Origin: Ophelia neglecta
Lineage: Eukaryota
Direction: 5' to 3'
Length of the DNA: 64,000 nucleotides
Assembly: GCA_965285935.1 (NCBI GenBank)
Contig: OZ260663.1
Span: 35,030,001-35,094,000, forward strand
Below, piece by piece: positions 25,901-40,449 of the stretch (position 1 is its first letter; each line of letters begins with the position of its first letter). The notes under the pieces are model-generated. The model searched no databases, was not told where the DNA came from, and worked only from the letters and a program-made list of their open reading frames with translations. The position numbers and the translations under genes are program-made.

Positions 25901-28900
25901 TCCCCCAGTCGTCTGCCGAGTATTTGAGCCAATAATTCCCCAATTTCAACGTTGTTCAACTTTGCATATGTCCTTTTTAGATGCTTTGTGCAATTCAAAG
26001 CCACAAATCATACTCAAATTACAGTTGCAGCGTTATTACAACAACCTTATTTCTCGTCGTCTCACTTGCCAAAATAATCTTCAACTGTCAGTTTTTAGTC
26101 TTGACATTTAGGCTATTTAATATAGGTCAAATTAAACATAATTCTCCGCAGGTTGGATAAAAACTGATTATAAAACCAAAAAGTTTCAATGGTAATATTA
26201 ACTCTCTTTTGACAATGAATAATTTAGATGTATTCGATTGCTGTACGTAAGTATTAATGAACAAGCTTATTTGGCAGCATAAGTTGGCCCATGTTAAAAT
26301 TTCATTTAGCTGCTTATTGTAGTTTCGATCCTGTTTGGAAGGCCAGTTATTATATGTGACAGACTCAATGCATAGGCAGGAAAGGTAAAACAAAAATGTT
26401 CAGATAATAATCCAAACCCATGCGAAAAATAATATTTATGATTATATATTTGTAATATTACTCGCCTCTAAATGCTCAGATAAATGACCAGCTCAGATAA
26501 TATGCCTTTGGGTGACACACGCCAAAGTGCCTTGATTATGGTGAGATATGTATAGTTGGATATCAAATTTGGTTCAACAGTGAACATTATTTAGTGAATA
26601 TGATACCCTAGTTACCTTTACTATACGCCACCTTTGATAAGAATTGAATGATTATTGCAACATTAGAGAGTTAGTTTACTAGTTCGATGTCTTACTACTT
26701 CCGAGAATATCTGAAATAACCAAGTGTCTATGGCAACCGAGAATATATATGCAGTAAACATGCCTTGGGCTATAAGTGGTCGTGGTTTTAACTAGGTTGT
26801 AACAAGCTTGCAGGCGTAATATGGCTGCTGGATCAATGCAGAAGTTGACAGGTAAACTCTGGTTTCTCTTGGAAGTAATTGCTACGTTTGCTTATCTTGG
26901 TAAAGACGCCGCTGGCAAATAAGGCAAGAAGGTGATACCACTATATGTCATTAGATCTGATCGTCCGAAACACGTGATAGAATAGCATCGTACCACATAT
27001 ACCAAAAGCGTAATGGGAAAGCCCTACTATTAAGTGATTAAAACTGTAATGTTGAGCAATGATCGAAATACAAAAATAAATCCTTTATTGTCGCAAGTAA
27101 TATCATGTTGTCAAATGTTGCGCTCAGTATTGAACAAACCTTAATTGTTTTCATACAAACCAACCTGTCAATAATTCTATAAAACGTGTCTGTGTCCTAG
27201 CCATTAAACATTAAACATGATTAAAACGCTAAACTTCGGTTTGTAACGTACAAAATCTACACCTGTTTATTAAACACTTTGTCTACTACAAACTTCAGCA
27301 ACAACTCCACGGATTGCAAAAATTAACAGCTGTTATCTAGAAGGCAAATCTAGAATTGTCCTGATGACGATTTTTCCAATATTTGTGTCTGTCTACAATG
27401 AATGATAAGTTGGAAAAATAGTGTCATCAATTATTATTTTGTCATATTTGAAATATAACCAAACGTTCGTGTAACACTATCTTCAGCGAGGGTCGCAATA
27501 TGGAAGTCCGCACATTGTAAGGTAACATGATACAAAATACCAGCTTGGTGTCTCTATCATACATCAAACGTCCGCTCAGCTCTTTGTATAAAACGTACTT
27601 CCACAAATATATTATTGAATGTTTATTGCTTGGGGGTGGGGCGCCATGTGGTATGGTACAGGCATAAAACAACGTTACACACGCCTTATAAATGCATGCG
27701 CGTATAACAGGTTTCAAATACATTTTCTCTGATAATGATCTTTTTGATGAAATTTTTATATCGCTCTTAAATCTAAAAACAAGGTATTAACTTGATATTT
27801 AAACAATAGGAATTCCCCATTTGATATGTTGATACTCAGTTTAATCAAAGTTTGATTCAAACGTCACCGCTTATCATCACTGTAAGGCATTAACCATCTG
27901 CTATTCTTCTCAAACACGGTAACTCCCATGATCCCCGCCATATGGATCATGTGAAGTATTGCACAATGTGTAAATCTGGTCCAATGTTATAATCAAACGA
28001 ACGAACATGGTTATTTATTTCGAAATTATGAGATATAACCTATATGATTTTAATGCGACTCACCCAGTGACAGGTGTTAATTTGCTTGACGAGAACTTCT
28101 ATACCTCAGACCACACTTCTTTGTGAAATAGGCTACCACTTTTCGTGTTTGGAACAAAAATGCCATGACCGCCATTGGTTAGTTTATCAAATAAACCGGG
28201 AAAAGCTGCAACCAATCCTGGTAATTTGTTCCATTAAACAGGTGTCGAGGTACAATACCATCATTAATCATTGTATACCTATATATTTCACCAGACGACA
28301 TTCCGACAACAGCTGTAACTTTATTCTTCAGGATGTCCTGAAGGCAAATACCACGTAAAGGCTGATTAAAAAATAACCTCTCATACCTATGAAATGGCAT
28401 TGGGTATATTTTCAGGAAAACTGGAATGTTTAACACCAGCATCTGAATTAAAGAACGTAAATTGGTTCCATAATTTTGTCGAACTTTAGGGCACACCTGA
28501 AACTGCTCAGTTACTGTATGAATCCAGGAACTTGTTTGAATCTATGAAGCCAAGACTGTATCGCAGATAAATAGCACAGTTTGGCAGCATAACGCACACA
28601 ATGAGAAAACGGGTGCTTTTGACATGAAGCCTCATATGTATGGAATATGCTCTTGACGAAAAATCTGTGTAATGCCACCCGTTTCTCCCTTTCTAGCAAC
28701 CCAGTAACCATTTGCAATAAACCAGTTAAACGCCTGAATTGGGCCCCTGTTGGACTTGATTAAAGTTTCGACGGGCAAGGCACTTGAGAAATAAGATCAA
28801 GTGTTTGTTGTTGTTTTTTTATTTTGTAAAAACAAGTCTCCCGTTCAGTGATTTTATTAAAATATAAGTTGAAACACCTAACTGTGCGGAACAACCCTGC

Positions 28901-30899
28901 AAGCCTTGTTATTGAACGTTCGCATTATTTGTCCAATAGAGATAATCAAATCATTAGGACTAACATAAGGCAAGAAAATAAGTCAATATGTGCTATGTTG
29001 GTACATATATGTTAAATAGTCTTCAGGAGAGACTATAATGCCTTCCAATTGAAATCAATCCTTTCTGGAAATTTTTTTCAACATGTTACATTCAACGAGG
29101 TCCACTGAAATCTATTTGGATTTTGTTTCTGTGTCAAAACAAAAATCTTGACAAGGTGTCCTTGCATACCGTCCACTGCCTCTCCTTTCCGGCATCTAAG
29201 TTCTAACCCTGCATGCTGTATAATATACAAAGGCATGCTTGTACATCCTGCAATTAGAGCTTAATTTTGATTTTTGACAACACTGAATTGTGTCTCAAAG
29301 TAAATTCAAGTACATAATCATACTTTCAGCAAAACTGAATGTCAGATTCCGCGAATCCCCCCTTCCCCCACCCACTCCTAGCATAAAATGGTTATTGCTT
29401 CCTTTATCTCTGATCAACAGCCAAGGAAGGACACAGCGTTTCATGTATATTATACTTTTGACGTCATAGGAAGTTAAAGTTTCTGAACGTATGCGTTGTG
29501 GTCAGCATTTGGCATCAGCTTTTTCCACATTTTGCGAACAGCAAAGATAAACAGTGAAGGCAAAGCCTGCATTGCACTTCCGTTACACATACTTATTAAA
29601 GTGGCTAAACAACTTTGGATATAGCTAAATATTTCAAGCTTACATTAAGCGTAACATCTGGACAAAATGTTCTTCTTCATAAACTGAACCTTTCATGAAT
29701 AGTTCAGCAGTGATCATAAGGCATGGAATTGACGGATAGTTGCCTATCAGTGACAAAGAAAAGCAAGAACATATAGCACCAGCGATATGTTGGTAATGTG
29801 CATTTATATGGGATTGTGGCGTATGTTTTGTATGCCGATAGATAACAATGAGGCAGCGACTGGGAGCAAAGTGAAGCAGTGGTGTGTCACCCGATCTGTA
29901 TGTAATTAAAATCGATTAGAAAGTCAATCGATTTCAGGTTGCAAAATGGTACTAGCTGCCATGATGGTCGCTTGAGGGTCCCCTAAGCCCAAGGAGTCAA
30001 ATAAATCAATCAATCAAAAAACAGCCACAGTTCTACATAAATCTCATGATTATATTGTTTTTTTTTATAAAATTGAACCGCGTTATATACATGTATGGAC
30101 ACGACGATAAGCCGGCCATGTGGTGGTTCTCCGGAAATGTCAAGAAGCAGGAGACGAGCAGATTGTTTCCTCGATATTAGAAACTCATAATCTGGAAAAC
30201 TTGCCTGTATATAACCGCTGCAGACTCGAGAAAGGGTGAACTTGGTGAACGATTATGGCTCAATGATTTAATGAACAGTTTCCTTTGCCGTCGCCTCTAC
30301 CACCTCTGAAGAACTATAGCCACGTACTACTAAAGCTATGTCGATTCTAGCCCACATCCATAGCACAGTTTCTACGTCTACAAACTATTTGCTTTGTCTA
30401 TTTGCCTAGCTCTTGATCAATAGTTAGCAGGAAGTACAGGCCTTTCTGACAAGTAATTGCAGGAGCCTGACCCTTTGAACAAGGCTCTAAATTGACGAAG
30501 CCCACACTTGTTTATTTTACTGGCATATACCTCAGTAGTAACAGAAGCAATGACAATGAATGTTGTGTGCTCTCCTGACAGCCATGGTCACTCGGAAGGA
30601 CCGATACCGACTCCTTACAAGGTGGACATCAGTACAAAACATATATTTACATCTGTATTCGTTGGTCTTTTGTTTGCTCTTTTTTTGCGAAAGTTGAAGA
30701 AGAACTGGTGTACTCGTATAAAAATAAGAAATATGGTCTATACTTGGATAATCATCTCTGCCATACGACAGGCTTGTTACCATCCAAAACGTATTTCAAA
30801 GCAAAATCCGGCACAGATGTAACCATAAAAGCACAGGCTTCCTTTAATGCTGCAGTGCCAGGCTGTGCTAAGTGTAGCCAAACACATTTAATGCAGGTA

Positions 30900-31255
30900 G
30901 GGAAAAGGTTCAACCGGATGTCATATTTAACATCCTTTTACCGCACGCCCTGTTCTCGTCTAAGCATAAAAAATGTTATCTCGGATCCTAGCCGTCATTT
31001 TTGTAGCTTCTTTGAAATGTCTTTGAGTAATATGTCCACTGGGTTTACAGGTCGGCTGTCTATAAATATAATCTTTAAGGCGAAGGGACCACGGTGCAGA
31101 ATAACGTTTTAGCTTACCAGCTTGTGCGCGATATGTTGCCTCAATCAACTCTGAATAATCAATTATCTAACTTCACTCTTGCTAACTGGAATGCGGTTGG
31201 TTTTTTCTGGCAGGTACTTTTGTCTTCATACAAGTTATGTGCATTTAAAAAAATG
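30900..31255 (-). mobile_element. Ancient CR1/L2 RT relic
   Basis: Minus-strand FLNAHNLYEDKSTCQKKPTAFQLARVKLDN*LFRVD*G resembles FL..HNL...QSGFR..HST..AL....D.WL..ID.G. It is followed by LRLKDYI.R, resembling WL.DYL..R. Confidence 0.55.
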
Positions 31256-31984
31256 TTTTTTCAGGTATCCAATCACGTTTTCCCTATTCCGTATTAATCA
31301 GATTCGCTATTAATACGAATTTATTAAGTGATGCAATGAAAATTTGTTTTTAAAATGAATCTTATCTTGAACAGGTACCTTTAGGCGAATGTGTTTGTAA
31401 TTTGGGGCTCGCATTGCTTTGGGCGCCGTGTCTAAACCTATTCAGTATAATCAAAGCCCGCACATATGTGATGAAGGCGAACGGGTCGTGCATCGTTTCG
31501 TATCGTATGACTGATATACCACACAACGATTCCAGTAATCTGAAATCTTCATTCGACCGGTCCGAGTTAAACCATGAACCATCAGGTACAGGATCAGTAA
31601 ATGTCTATCATAACAGAAAAGTGCTTTTGGCATAATAGCAGCGACAGTGACCAAGCATTCCTGTTTCAGATACTATAGCTTAACTTTACAACTTATAATA
31701 TGCCATGGCCAGCTGAGCATTTATTAAATATCTGCTTGGAAAACATGATTGTATCCGACTGTTCCGACTATTCCCCCTCAGTCTGTCATCGTTCAAAGTC
31801 AGGACTTCCATCGACATTCTGGTTTAAACTTAAACTAACCGCAGAGGGATGAAACATAAATTGAATCAAACATAATACTTTGGTTAAAATGCATTTTGGA
31901 ATTGAAAATTAGTTTACATATTAATTGGAATAAAGAACACTCTTGGCTTAAGTATGCAAATATCAGTTAGGCCTTCTAAAACCA

Positions 31985-32225
31985 AATGGAAACTTACTGT
32001 TTTCACGGTAACCGCACTATTTCCAGTATGTCGTATTGACCCAGAGTTTTCGTTTGTCAATAGTCAATGGAAAGTAAATCCAATTAGTATTCAGTCATGC
32101 GGATTGTGCTCCAGTCACGTTTGTCATCAACCTCGTCCCTGCCAGGTCTAGATAACCCATGTATTTTTTTTCCCTGCAGAAAACGAGGAAGGTGCCACGA
32201 AATGCACAGAAATTTCATCTATCTG
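31985..32225. promoter_or_regulatory. Paralogous conserved non-coding block D (pair with 45057-45300)
   Basis: GGAAAGTAAATCCAATTAGTATTCAGTCATGCG (32069-32101) matches 45144-45176 at 31/33. Flanking AATGGAAACT, TATTGACCC, CACGTTT, GTCCCTG and TAGATAACC are colinear. The regulatory role is inferred. Confidence 0.5.
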
Positions 32226-33169
32226 AAAAACGACAAACAATATGCTTTACTGCATTTAATAATCCACCACTCTCTTAAGGATGGTGTTCCTTGTTCCAGT
32301 ATGCTGTTTTTTACTCAGAATTAGTTCATGTGCGGGCAGTGCTTGATATTTCTATATACATGTAAACAGATGAAGAATTAATTATCATTAATGTGTGTCA
32401 ACGAGGGAAAACCTAACACTATTTGCTTATACGCGCTGATTATATGACGTATGATTATTATATTGTAGTGATCATGTCATCATAGAAACGATGTGGTACT
32501 ATGTTGTCCAGAACCAATTCGGCGGCACCTTCAGCGGGGAGCGACCAAATACTACCTCTAATCAGTAGGACCTGTTTTCAAACATGACACATTTCCCTAT
32601 GTTGACATAAAATTTAGGGGTGATGACACATAACCTGCCCATGCAAACGTAGTTTCATGCTCCCCGTCCATTTCTGTTGAGTTGACATAGGTACAGTACC
32701 TATGATATTTTGGCTGCCTGTATGAAGCATCGGAAGTTAAGGTCTGCCAAAATGATGTCTATGGGAGATTTTCTATGGCTATTTGCGGCCTAATAGGGCA
32801 ATTTATAGCACGGTATGCAGCATTTTCAATTAATTTATTCTAGCCCTAGTAATAATTTTGCGTGCACAACTTCCTTATGAACAAAGTTGATTTTAACGTT
32901 TTCACTTTTGTCGGGCAAAACCTCCGAATAAACAAAGATTCAATCTGTATTGAAACATACCATAAAAAATATGCACTAAGACAGTTTTGACGTTATACAG
33001 CAAAGTGACAGATAGCTAGAAAGTAATTTTGGTAACTGTCACCGCAGTCACACATATTACAATACCCCAAACAATCCAGCCAGCTTAATGTACATTTTTT
33101 AACCAGCACCGGAAATAAGGATGTCAGATTAAATGAAGCCAGATTACATTTTGGAAAAGAACTCACCCG

Positions 33170-33340
33170 GCAGCCTTGATTGATAATGTCTGCGTACAAG
33201 CTAAAATAACCCGCAGTATTAAAGAATTTAGGTCCATCAAGGATAAAACATGGCAGAGCAAAGTAGTCTCCAATTGCAGACCACCTGCGCACTTTAGCAG
33301 AGAGAATGCCACTTTCTTTAGTGATGTTGATTACCAATTA
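33170..33340 (+). mobile_element. Possible LINE RT relic
   Basis: QAKITRSIK...VSNCRPP resembles AKITP..K...SNYRPIS. Confidence 0.3.
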
Positions 33341-36300
33341 CAAAAAAAAACGATCATAATCACGAGACGTAATAAATAAACCCAACCTAGTACCTATGCT
33401 ACTCATCCATCCCTGAATACATTCGACCGTTATACCCTTGTACATTCATTGTAAAATATATTGTGTGGTATCTTTTTTTAAATCTAGACAAATATATTGG
33501 CAAAATGCGATTAACTGTAAATTTTTTCTAGGGGGAATTATACAATAAGTTTCCGTCTTGCTTAGTTCGCTGTACGTATTATTATCAATAGTTACTAATG
33601 TACTGCCATTATTTTATCTATTATTTTTTAAACACCTCTCATTAATAATTTGGTCATAAGACCACTCATCACAATAAATAAGCATGTGACGTTCCAAGTT
33701 CCCAAGGAACAAGAATTGCAAACGCAGAGTAGGTTCTGGTAGTTCGAAAGGGGAAAGGTGACAATTGCACGTGAACTCCTTACTTTGTACCAAATTGTGA
33801 AAACATCTATTAATGTGTAAATAGCACCAACATTTTATTACTTCGGCTTCCGACTTCATGATGCTTTTGTGTCACATTGACATTGATCACACTGTGCATT
33901 TCATGATTCTTTGGTTTGAATGTTACATTGCCTTTTATGGGTTCAGACAGACTAATTTGGAGTTATATATTGTTGTGAGCAGCGTTAACGGCACACTGCG
34001 GATCTTTCTCTTGAAAAGTGGCCGTTTCCTTAACCGGCCGTCAATTTTAACCGTCAACCGGCGAGAAATGCTTTACGGAAGTCTAAGGAAGTAATGCATC
34101 ATAAGATATGGCACACCTCACATGTCAAGCATCAAATTATCCATTTATTTACCGCCTACTGGCACCGATAGCTCGTGGGCGATGGGGTCGTTATAACAAG
34201 TAAGCCCTACTTAATGACCATTTAATCGAGACTTTAAGGAGGGTAGGAGCATGCGAAAGTTACAAGGTAGGTTACTTTATTTGGAATACACAGACGACGA
34301 TTCAACATCGATATATATCGCGTGTAACATAACTACTTATACTAGCGTCACTAGAGATAAACAGGTAGGGCATAAAATGACCTATAAACATTGCAAACAG
34401 CGCACTATGACTTCAAGTCTGCCCATGAATCAAGACTGGATTGAAATCATGTACCAATATCAATGTTATCCCAAAGCCAAATTTACCGGAAGATGGATTT
34501 TAGTGGTAATTGTTTCATCGATGTAATCGGTGGAGCACCTTTTGTTTCAATAAAACACGCGTTTATTTAGAGTTATCTCAAACCACTCTATTGAAGACTA
34601 AAAGAAAACCATCCCAATCCAATTTCCCAAGACCAAGCATCAGCCAGATCTCTCCGATCGTGGCATGAGCATGAAGGCAAGAAAAGTGGTCCAAGAGACA
34701 GAAAGTTCAAACACCTTTTTTTCTATAACTGAAGCATGATGATATGGCATGTGAAGTAGAGACTTTAACAAGTAGCTGGGTTGAAAGCCAAGATGTTGCC
34801 TAGGTTTCATGTATCGAAATAGTGTCGATGGACTATTCGACGCCAACTTCGTCATGCCCCCTGTGGTTTTCTTAAATTATTCTAGTGTAAGGTAAATTTG
34901 CCATCGGTTTAGCAAAGAGACAGTAAAATACTGAAATGGCTTTGGATTCTACTCATCCTAGGGTTAGGGGCCAATTTGTCTCTTATATTATACAATATAT
35001 CACCTTATGTTGCAAATGCACGTGTTCAATCACCATAAAAACGTGACTAGTTTTGCTTGGTTATTGAACAGTTTATTGCGTTATCGAAGAGACTTAATAC
35101 ATATCCTCATTAGTATAAGGGACCTTTACAACAGTTTCCGGTATTGTTTTATTGCAGCATATCAATATTTAGTCTCGAAAAGCTGAGAGGTCTAATCCCA
35201 CAATAGATTTTCCTATTGCATATTTCGCTTCTGTACTTCGTTGTCCAAAGACTAGGCTGTATTGTGCTTTGACTCGCCTAAATGAAACTTATCCACTTCA
35301 CATAGCAATTGATATCAATTTATATTTATTTTTATTGGATAATTCCGTCATAAGTTTATTAACTCTTGGTGAAATGGGGTTCGGTTTGATAGCATTAACC
35401 TAATATTTATCCTTATTTTGAAGTACACCAGTACAATACAAGACAACATATGAATTTTGTTCCACTTGGAAGAACGAAAACAGTCCAAATAGATGTATAT
35501 GAACTTTTTCATGGAATTACTTTGTGATCGAAATTTACATAGTAACTACCCTATTTCTGCAATCAATCATAAACAAGCTGAACCCATTCTTCCGATTCCT
35601 ATTCTTTAATTTCCAATGCTTTAGCCCGCTTTTATTATTTCTACTTTAGCCTATTAGGCCTTTTGCTAAGGTCATTGTGAAACGAGTCTCTTATTTCTAG
35701 CGAATCTGTTGGATTTCAATAAAACATAATATTACAATTATAATAACCACGGTTACCATAGGTTGCTATTGTTTAAAGTACACGTGAACCTTTCATATTA
35801 GTTTCGACCAATCACAATCAGCATTGCTATAGATGTATCACTATAATTATAGTGGTTACTGACTGTACGCAATCGCTGCCCTGGTTATATTAAATTTGCA
35901 TGAAGTCCACTCTTCTGCCTGACGCAAGGAGATGCTCCTTTCTGCAATACATCTTACTTTGGGCGCGCCTTTCTGACAATGGTGATACCCTACAATGGCA
36001 ATTTAACATAGGTGTCACCAACTGACTACCTGTTATTTAGTTATTGTAAAATGATTGAGTTAATACTCTTCGAGGATGAGAACAACAAGCTTATTTTAAC
36101 AGCTCCCTTTGTGATAAACGCAAAGCAAAGCTTTTGAATATGCCAATCTATGAATTCCGGTCCTCTTGGCGCCGTCGGACAATATTATAGGACCCTTAGA
36201 ACCGCGATAAACCGATTTCTCCAGGAAAATAAATCTTTTGCCCAATATTCGCGGTGACTTTGCATCTATGTAGACAAACCCAGGCTTAAGATAGTGCCCG

Positions 36301-36517
36301 GAAACTCAGGTCCTTATTCATGTAAATTAAGCTAAAACAATACAACTGTATTCTACTGTTGGGTTTCAAGACGGAGTTTAAAGCCTCTTAGGCCTTTCCG
36401 ATTTCATTGCTAATAAAACACATCCAGCATATACGTCCTATACTTGCTTATGCTTAACTGTATAAACAAAACATTACCATATAGTGTATAAAATCTGTAT
36501 TCGACACTGTAGCGCAG

Positions 36518-36648
36518 GGCTCTATGATTCGGCGCTGAACATCTGCCTCTGCACTGAGAGCGGAGTGTCACGTGGGTTTGGGGTAGGGTTATTCTATTGT
36601 TCTCTCGCAGCGCAGCGTCGAACTGCGCAGCGCTGAATACAGGGAGCC
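36518..36648. mobile_element. Short GG...CC foldback MITE with telomere-like spacer (second family)
   Basis: GGCTC..ATTCGGCGCTG..CTGCACTGAGAG pairs imperfectly with CTCTCGCAGCGCAG..CAGCGCTGAAT..GAGCC. The spacer contains GGGTTTGGGGTAGGGTTA. Confidence 0.6.
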
Positions 36649-39600
36649 AACTATGAGTTTAACAAGATTCCCATTATAAAAGACGGCGAAGGTGTTGAGG
36701 GATAAGACTTGATAATATTTCTCTATTACATTTTATAACATATCTTAGCCTTATTACATATCTCAGCCTATTCACCCAACTTTAACCGATGTTTAATTTC
36801 CACCGACGAGCGCCTAGCCTATCAGTGATAATTTCTTAATATTAGTGTTTTCATTAATATTGTTCAGTCTTTTAAATGAATATTGAAAGATTCGTGGCAT
36901 CACATCTGGCTCGTTGTTCACCGTCACGTGTAGTTTCAATATTTGGTGCCTCATTATATATGCATTATCAGCAGCAATAAACCTGCCACACCTCAAAATG
37001 CTTCCGGCACATCACCTGAGACGAGATTTTAGACGAGATTTGACTTCACATACCGTTATTCTAAAAATAAATGATACTAAAGCCTTCAACCTTTCAAACG
37101 ATGAAGCAGGTTGATTTACACACTATATGACTCTGTCATGGAGGAAACGACGCTCTGTCTGACTTTGTGGTCAATGTTACGGATCAGGCAAAAATGTCTG
37201 TTCAATACGGCCAATTGAATAAAAATCTCCTAGAACTTATCCTTCTTTATATATAGTAGGTTGTTATTGGTCAGATGTGTTGCACAGAATTATCGGTGAC
37301 TTAGTACCCAGGTTTTATGATGAACACATGCTTGACACTATATATATCGTTTATATCATATCGTTAAAATCCTAACCAACGTGTCGTAAACATTGACAAA
37401 GAAAATCACGAACATGGAGCACCTATGTAGTTTGCATAGGCACACTACACTAAAACTAGCATAAGCAAGGCATTAGACAGCAGAAACCATTTAATTGAGT
37501 CCTTGTTATGAACGTAACTTGTCCCGGTAAGTTACAAGGGACCAGCATAGGTAAATGTGTTTATGCTTAGCGGACTATCGTAATATCCATTAGTCATTAT
37601 TAGTCAAAAATGAGGCAATTGTATTGTAACATAAACACTTTATTTTTATGGGCGCTTTTGAGACTTTTAATAACACAGAGAAAGCATCTTACCTCCTGCA
37701 GTGGGAATAGGGAACATCTCTTCGTTAGGCATATATTCATTGCCACCATCTTCCCTGGCCTGGCGTGAACTTTCATAAATTAGACAAACATGACGGCGAT
37801 TCGCAATTGCCTTTCGTACATGGCTTATTCTTTTATGTTCTCGTGGTAGGTGTTAAAAGTCACTCATCTGATGTAGTAGTGATTGCTGAGCCCAAAGAAT
37901 TGTTGTTTTCAGACATGCTGTAAAGTGATCTATCACCTTTCACACATAGGTGTGATCTTTATCTGATTCACACCGATTGGCAGCTGTACCTACCCTTCTT
38001 TCAACACAGCAGTGGTGGCCATGGTTCATTGTGTTTTAAAGAGGAAATCGATAATTGGAACATAATGGTACAGACAAGTGCGTTGCAAACTGTCTCTCAG
38101 CTCTGTGTGTCCATTGAAAAACGACATTAAAGCCGCACCAAAAGTGTCCACGCACTGTTTTATTTTACCTTTACCCACAGGTTGAATAATAGTTTAATTA
38201 GCATTTATAAAGTAAATTTGTCTGCAACTGAAATATTGTCACGTTAATGAGTGTTAAATAATTACTTGTAGTGTCAATCATTTTGCAACCTTTCGGGGTT
38301 TTCTTTTTGTGTGAGTGTGTGTATATACTGATTTTACAATGTGCAGTAGTGTTGCGTGAGTCTTATTCTACTAGGATGTGTCTGGGACCCTGTCGGACGA
38401 GGGTGTTACATAGGTTGATACATAGGTATAAAGTGATTTTTCTAGGTAGTGTAGGCCTATATATTCTTGTATATGTAAATGGCTGTTTAATATTTCTGAT
38501 GATACTGGTACACTGGCCTAGTCCTGTCCTACTTAAGACCCGACCTTGCAAGGAATATACCACTACATATATTAAACATGTGAGGTCATACTGGGTAGGC
38601 AACCACAATTTTGAGATTAAAATTTGTCCATTAACGAAGGCCAAATGTTTGCTAAGAATGATGGAAAGTAATGACCAAATTACATATTCTTTCCTGTAGC
38701 TTGCCAATAAAAGTTATCTACCCTTTTCGACCTCTGAGGGAAGGCCAAAGCATATAGTCAGGCATTAGATAAAAGGCAAGCAACTTTTGAAGACAGACGA
38801 GCCACCAGCTGCATGTCTCGTATCAAATATATCAGTGTAGTTTGCATACTATGGTTAGATTTAATTGTCAGAAACACCAAACTGTATTGGAGATTGTCTT
38901 CTAGCATTACGCAGAGAAAAAAAACCGGCAGTCAGATGCCTATCATCAGAAAAAAATAAGTATGCACTCGTTACATAAATAAATGCCTTGATGTATGGTG
39001 TCCCGGACAAAGAGGCTAGCTGAAGAGAAATGCCGCCTGCATTGTGTCATGTCCTCTGTCGGTCGTCTGCTTCCATCAATCTTTACAAATGTATGCGGTT
39101 AGTACCAGGAGGTATCAACTGGCGTCAGCCATTGCGACAGTGCCTTGCTGTTAGCATTATTTATCTCTGTTGAGTCATCAATGAAAATGCTTAACAAGTA
39201 CGAACTTTGCATTTTGTGTGGCGAGTCTATAACATTTTAGGGGCATATGATAATGTATTGCCTCGTATGATTTCTAAGCTATGCACAAAACGAAATATGC
39301 GAGGGAAATAACTGCATGGAGATTAATTTCTCAAACTAAACCTACATTGTAACGTTATAAGTGATTTATAAATATATGTTCACTTTGTTGTTTCTGAAGT
39401 AGCATATTATACACCTAATTTTTTTCAGCATTGTATGCTTATGAGGTACTCCGGGTAATTTTGCTAAGCCCTGTGTTGTCCGGATGTGATAAGTCCTGAA
39501 TAACGCATGAGAGGAGCGCAAGGTCTGGTTGTCTCACAAGAGATCACCCGGGAGAAAGGTTTATTTTCATTATATTACGGATATGAATGCACATATCAAT

Positions 39601-39899
39601 AGATGCCCGACTTTAAAGGGTATGAGTATCATTTTAGGTCTAATGAACAATCTGCAAGGAAATACCAGGACAAGATTAATCCTCACTCTCATCGTATATT
39701 ATATATATTTTCAAAAGCTGTCCAATCAAAACACAGCACCTCAAATGACAAATGATTAAGCTAAATCCGTTTTTGTGTTTCAACTTGGCCCTCAGACATT
39801 ATCCATAGAGAATGAAATCAAGCCCTGGTCAATTGTTTCATAATGATGTATTTTTTAACAAGCTGAAGAATGATTTTAGTGGCTGACAGTTCCTGGTGT

Positions 39900-40106
39900 T
39901 TTCGGAATGATCTGATGGACTATTCTTGACAATCGATAGTGGTTTATCTGTCGGGTATGCACTTCCGTTTCCTTTTTGAACGAAGACAAAAATGCATTAT
40001 TTGGAGGAAATGCGGATTCCCGGTTATTACTATTCGTTTCCTTAAATGAACAGAATTGCTGTTTTTTTACGTGCTGAGACCACGTTTCTCTAATAGCCAT
40101 AGTACC
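39900..40106 (-). mobile_element. Possible LINE APE endonuclease N-terminal relic
   Basis: GTMAIRETWS resembles DI.AISETWL; the downstream match is weak. Confidence 0.3.
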
Positions 40107-40223
40107 TCTTTCAGAAGCAATTTATAAACAGCATGATAATATAGTGAACAAAGGCAGAATGTACCTGTCAGTTACTTTCGTGGAGAATAGATTAGAAGTG
40201 TTTTCTTTTCCCCTTATCGGAAA

Positions 40224-40449
40224 GGCTTTTGATTAAAAGCGGAGGCGCGGAACCATGCGGAGGTAAATCCCGAAAATAGAACAGAGCACTAGACCTATCA
40301 AACCTGTCCCTAACCCTTCCCCTAACCCTGAAATTAACCCTCCGTCCTAACCCTGTCCTTGCTGACGATTATTTGCTTCATGCCACTCAGAAATACTCAT
40401 GACCTCCGCCTCCGCATAGCCTCCGCACCTCCGCGTTTAATCAATAGCC
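40224..40449. mobile_element. MITE (226 bp) with GG...CC terminal inverted repeats, 8-bp TSD and internal CCCTAA-like repeats
   Basis: TIRs GGCTTTTGATTAAAAGCGGAGG... / ...CCTCCGCGTTTAATCAATAGCC. TSD ATCGGAAA at 40216-40223 and 40450-40457. Confidence 0.88.

Noticed and set aside
37693-37850. Possible minus-strand exon ending at GAG|GTAAG (..EDGGNEYMPNEEMFPIPTAG)
   Set aside because: Good donor, but no convincing acceptor or start, an upstream in-frame stop and no recognisable homology.
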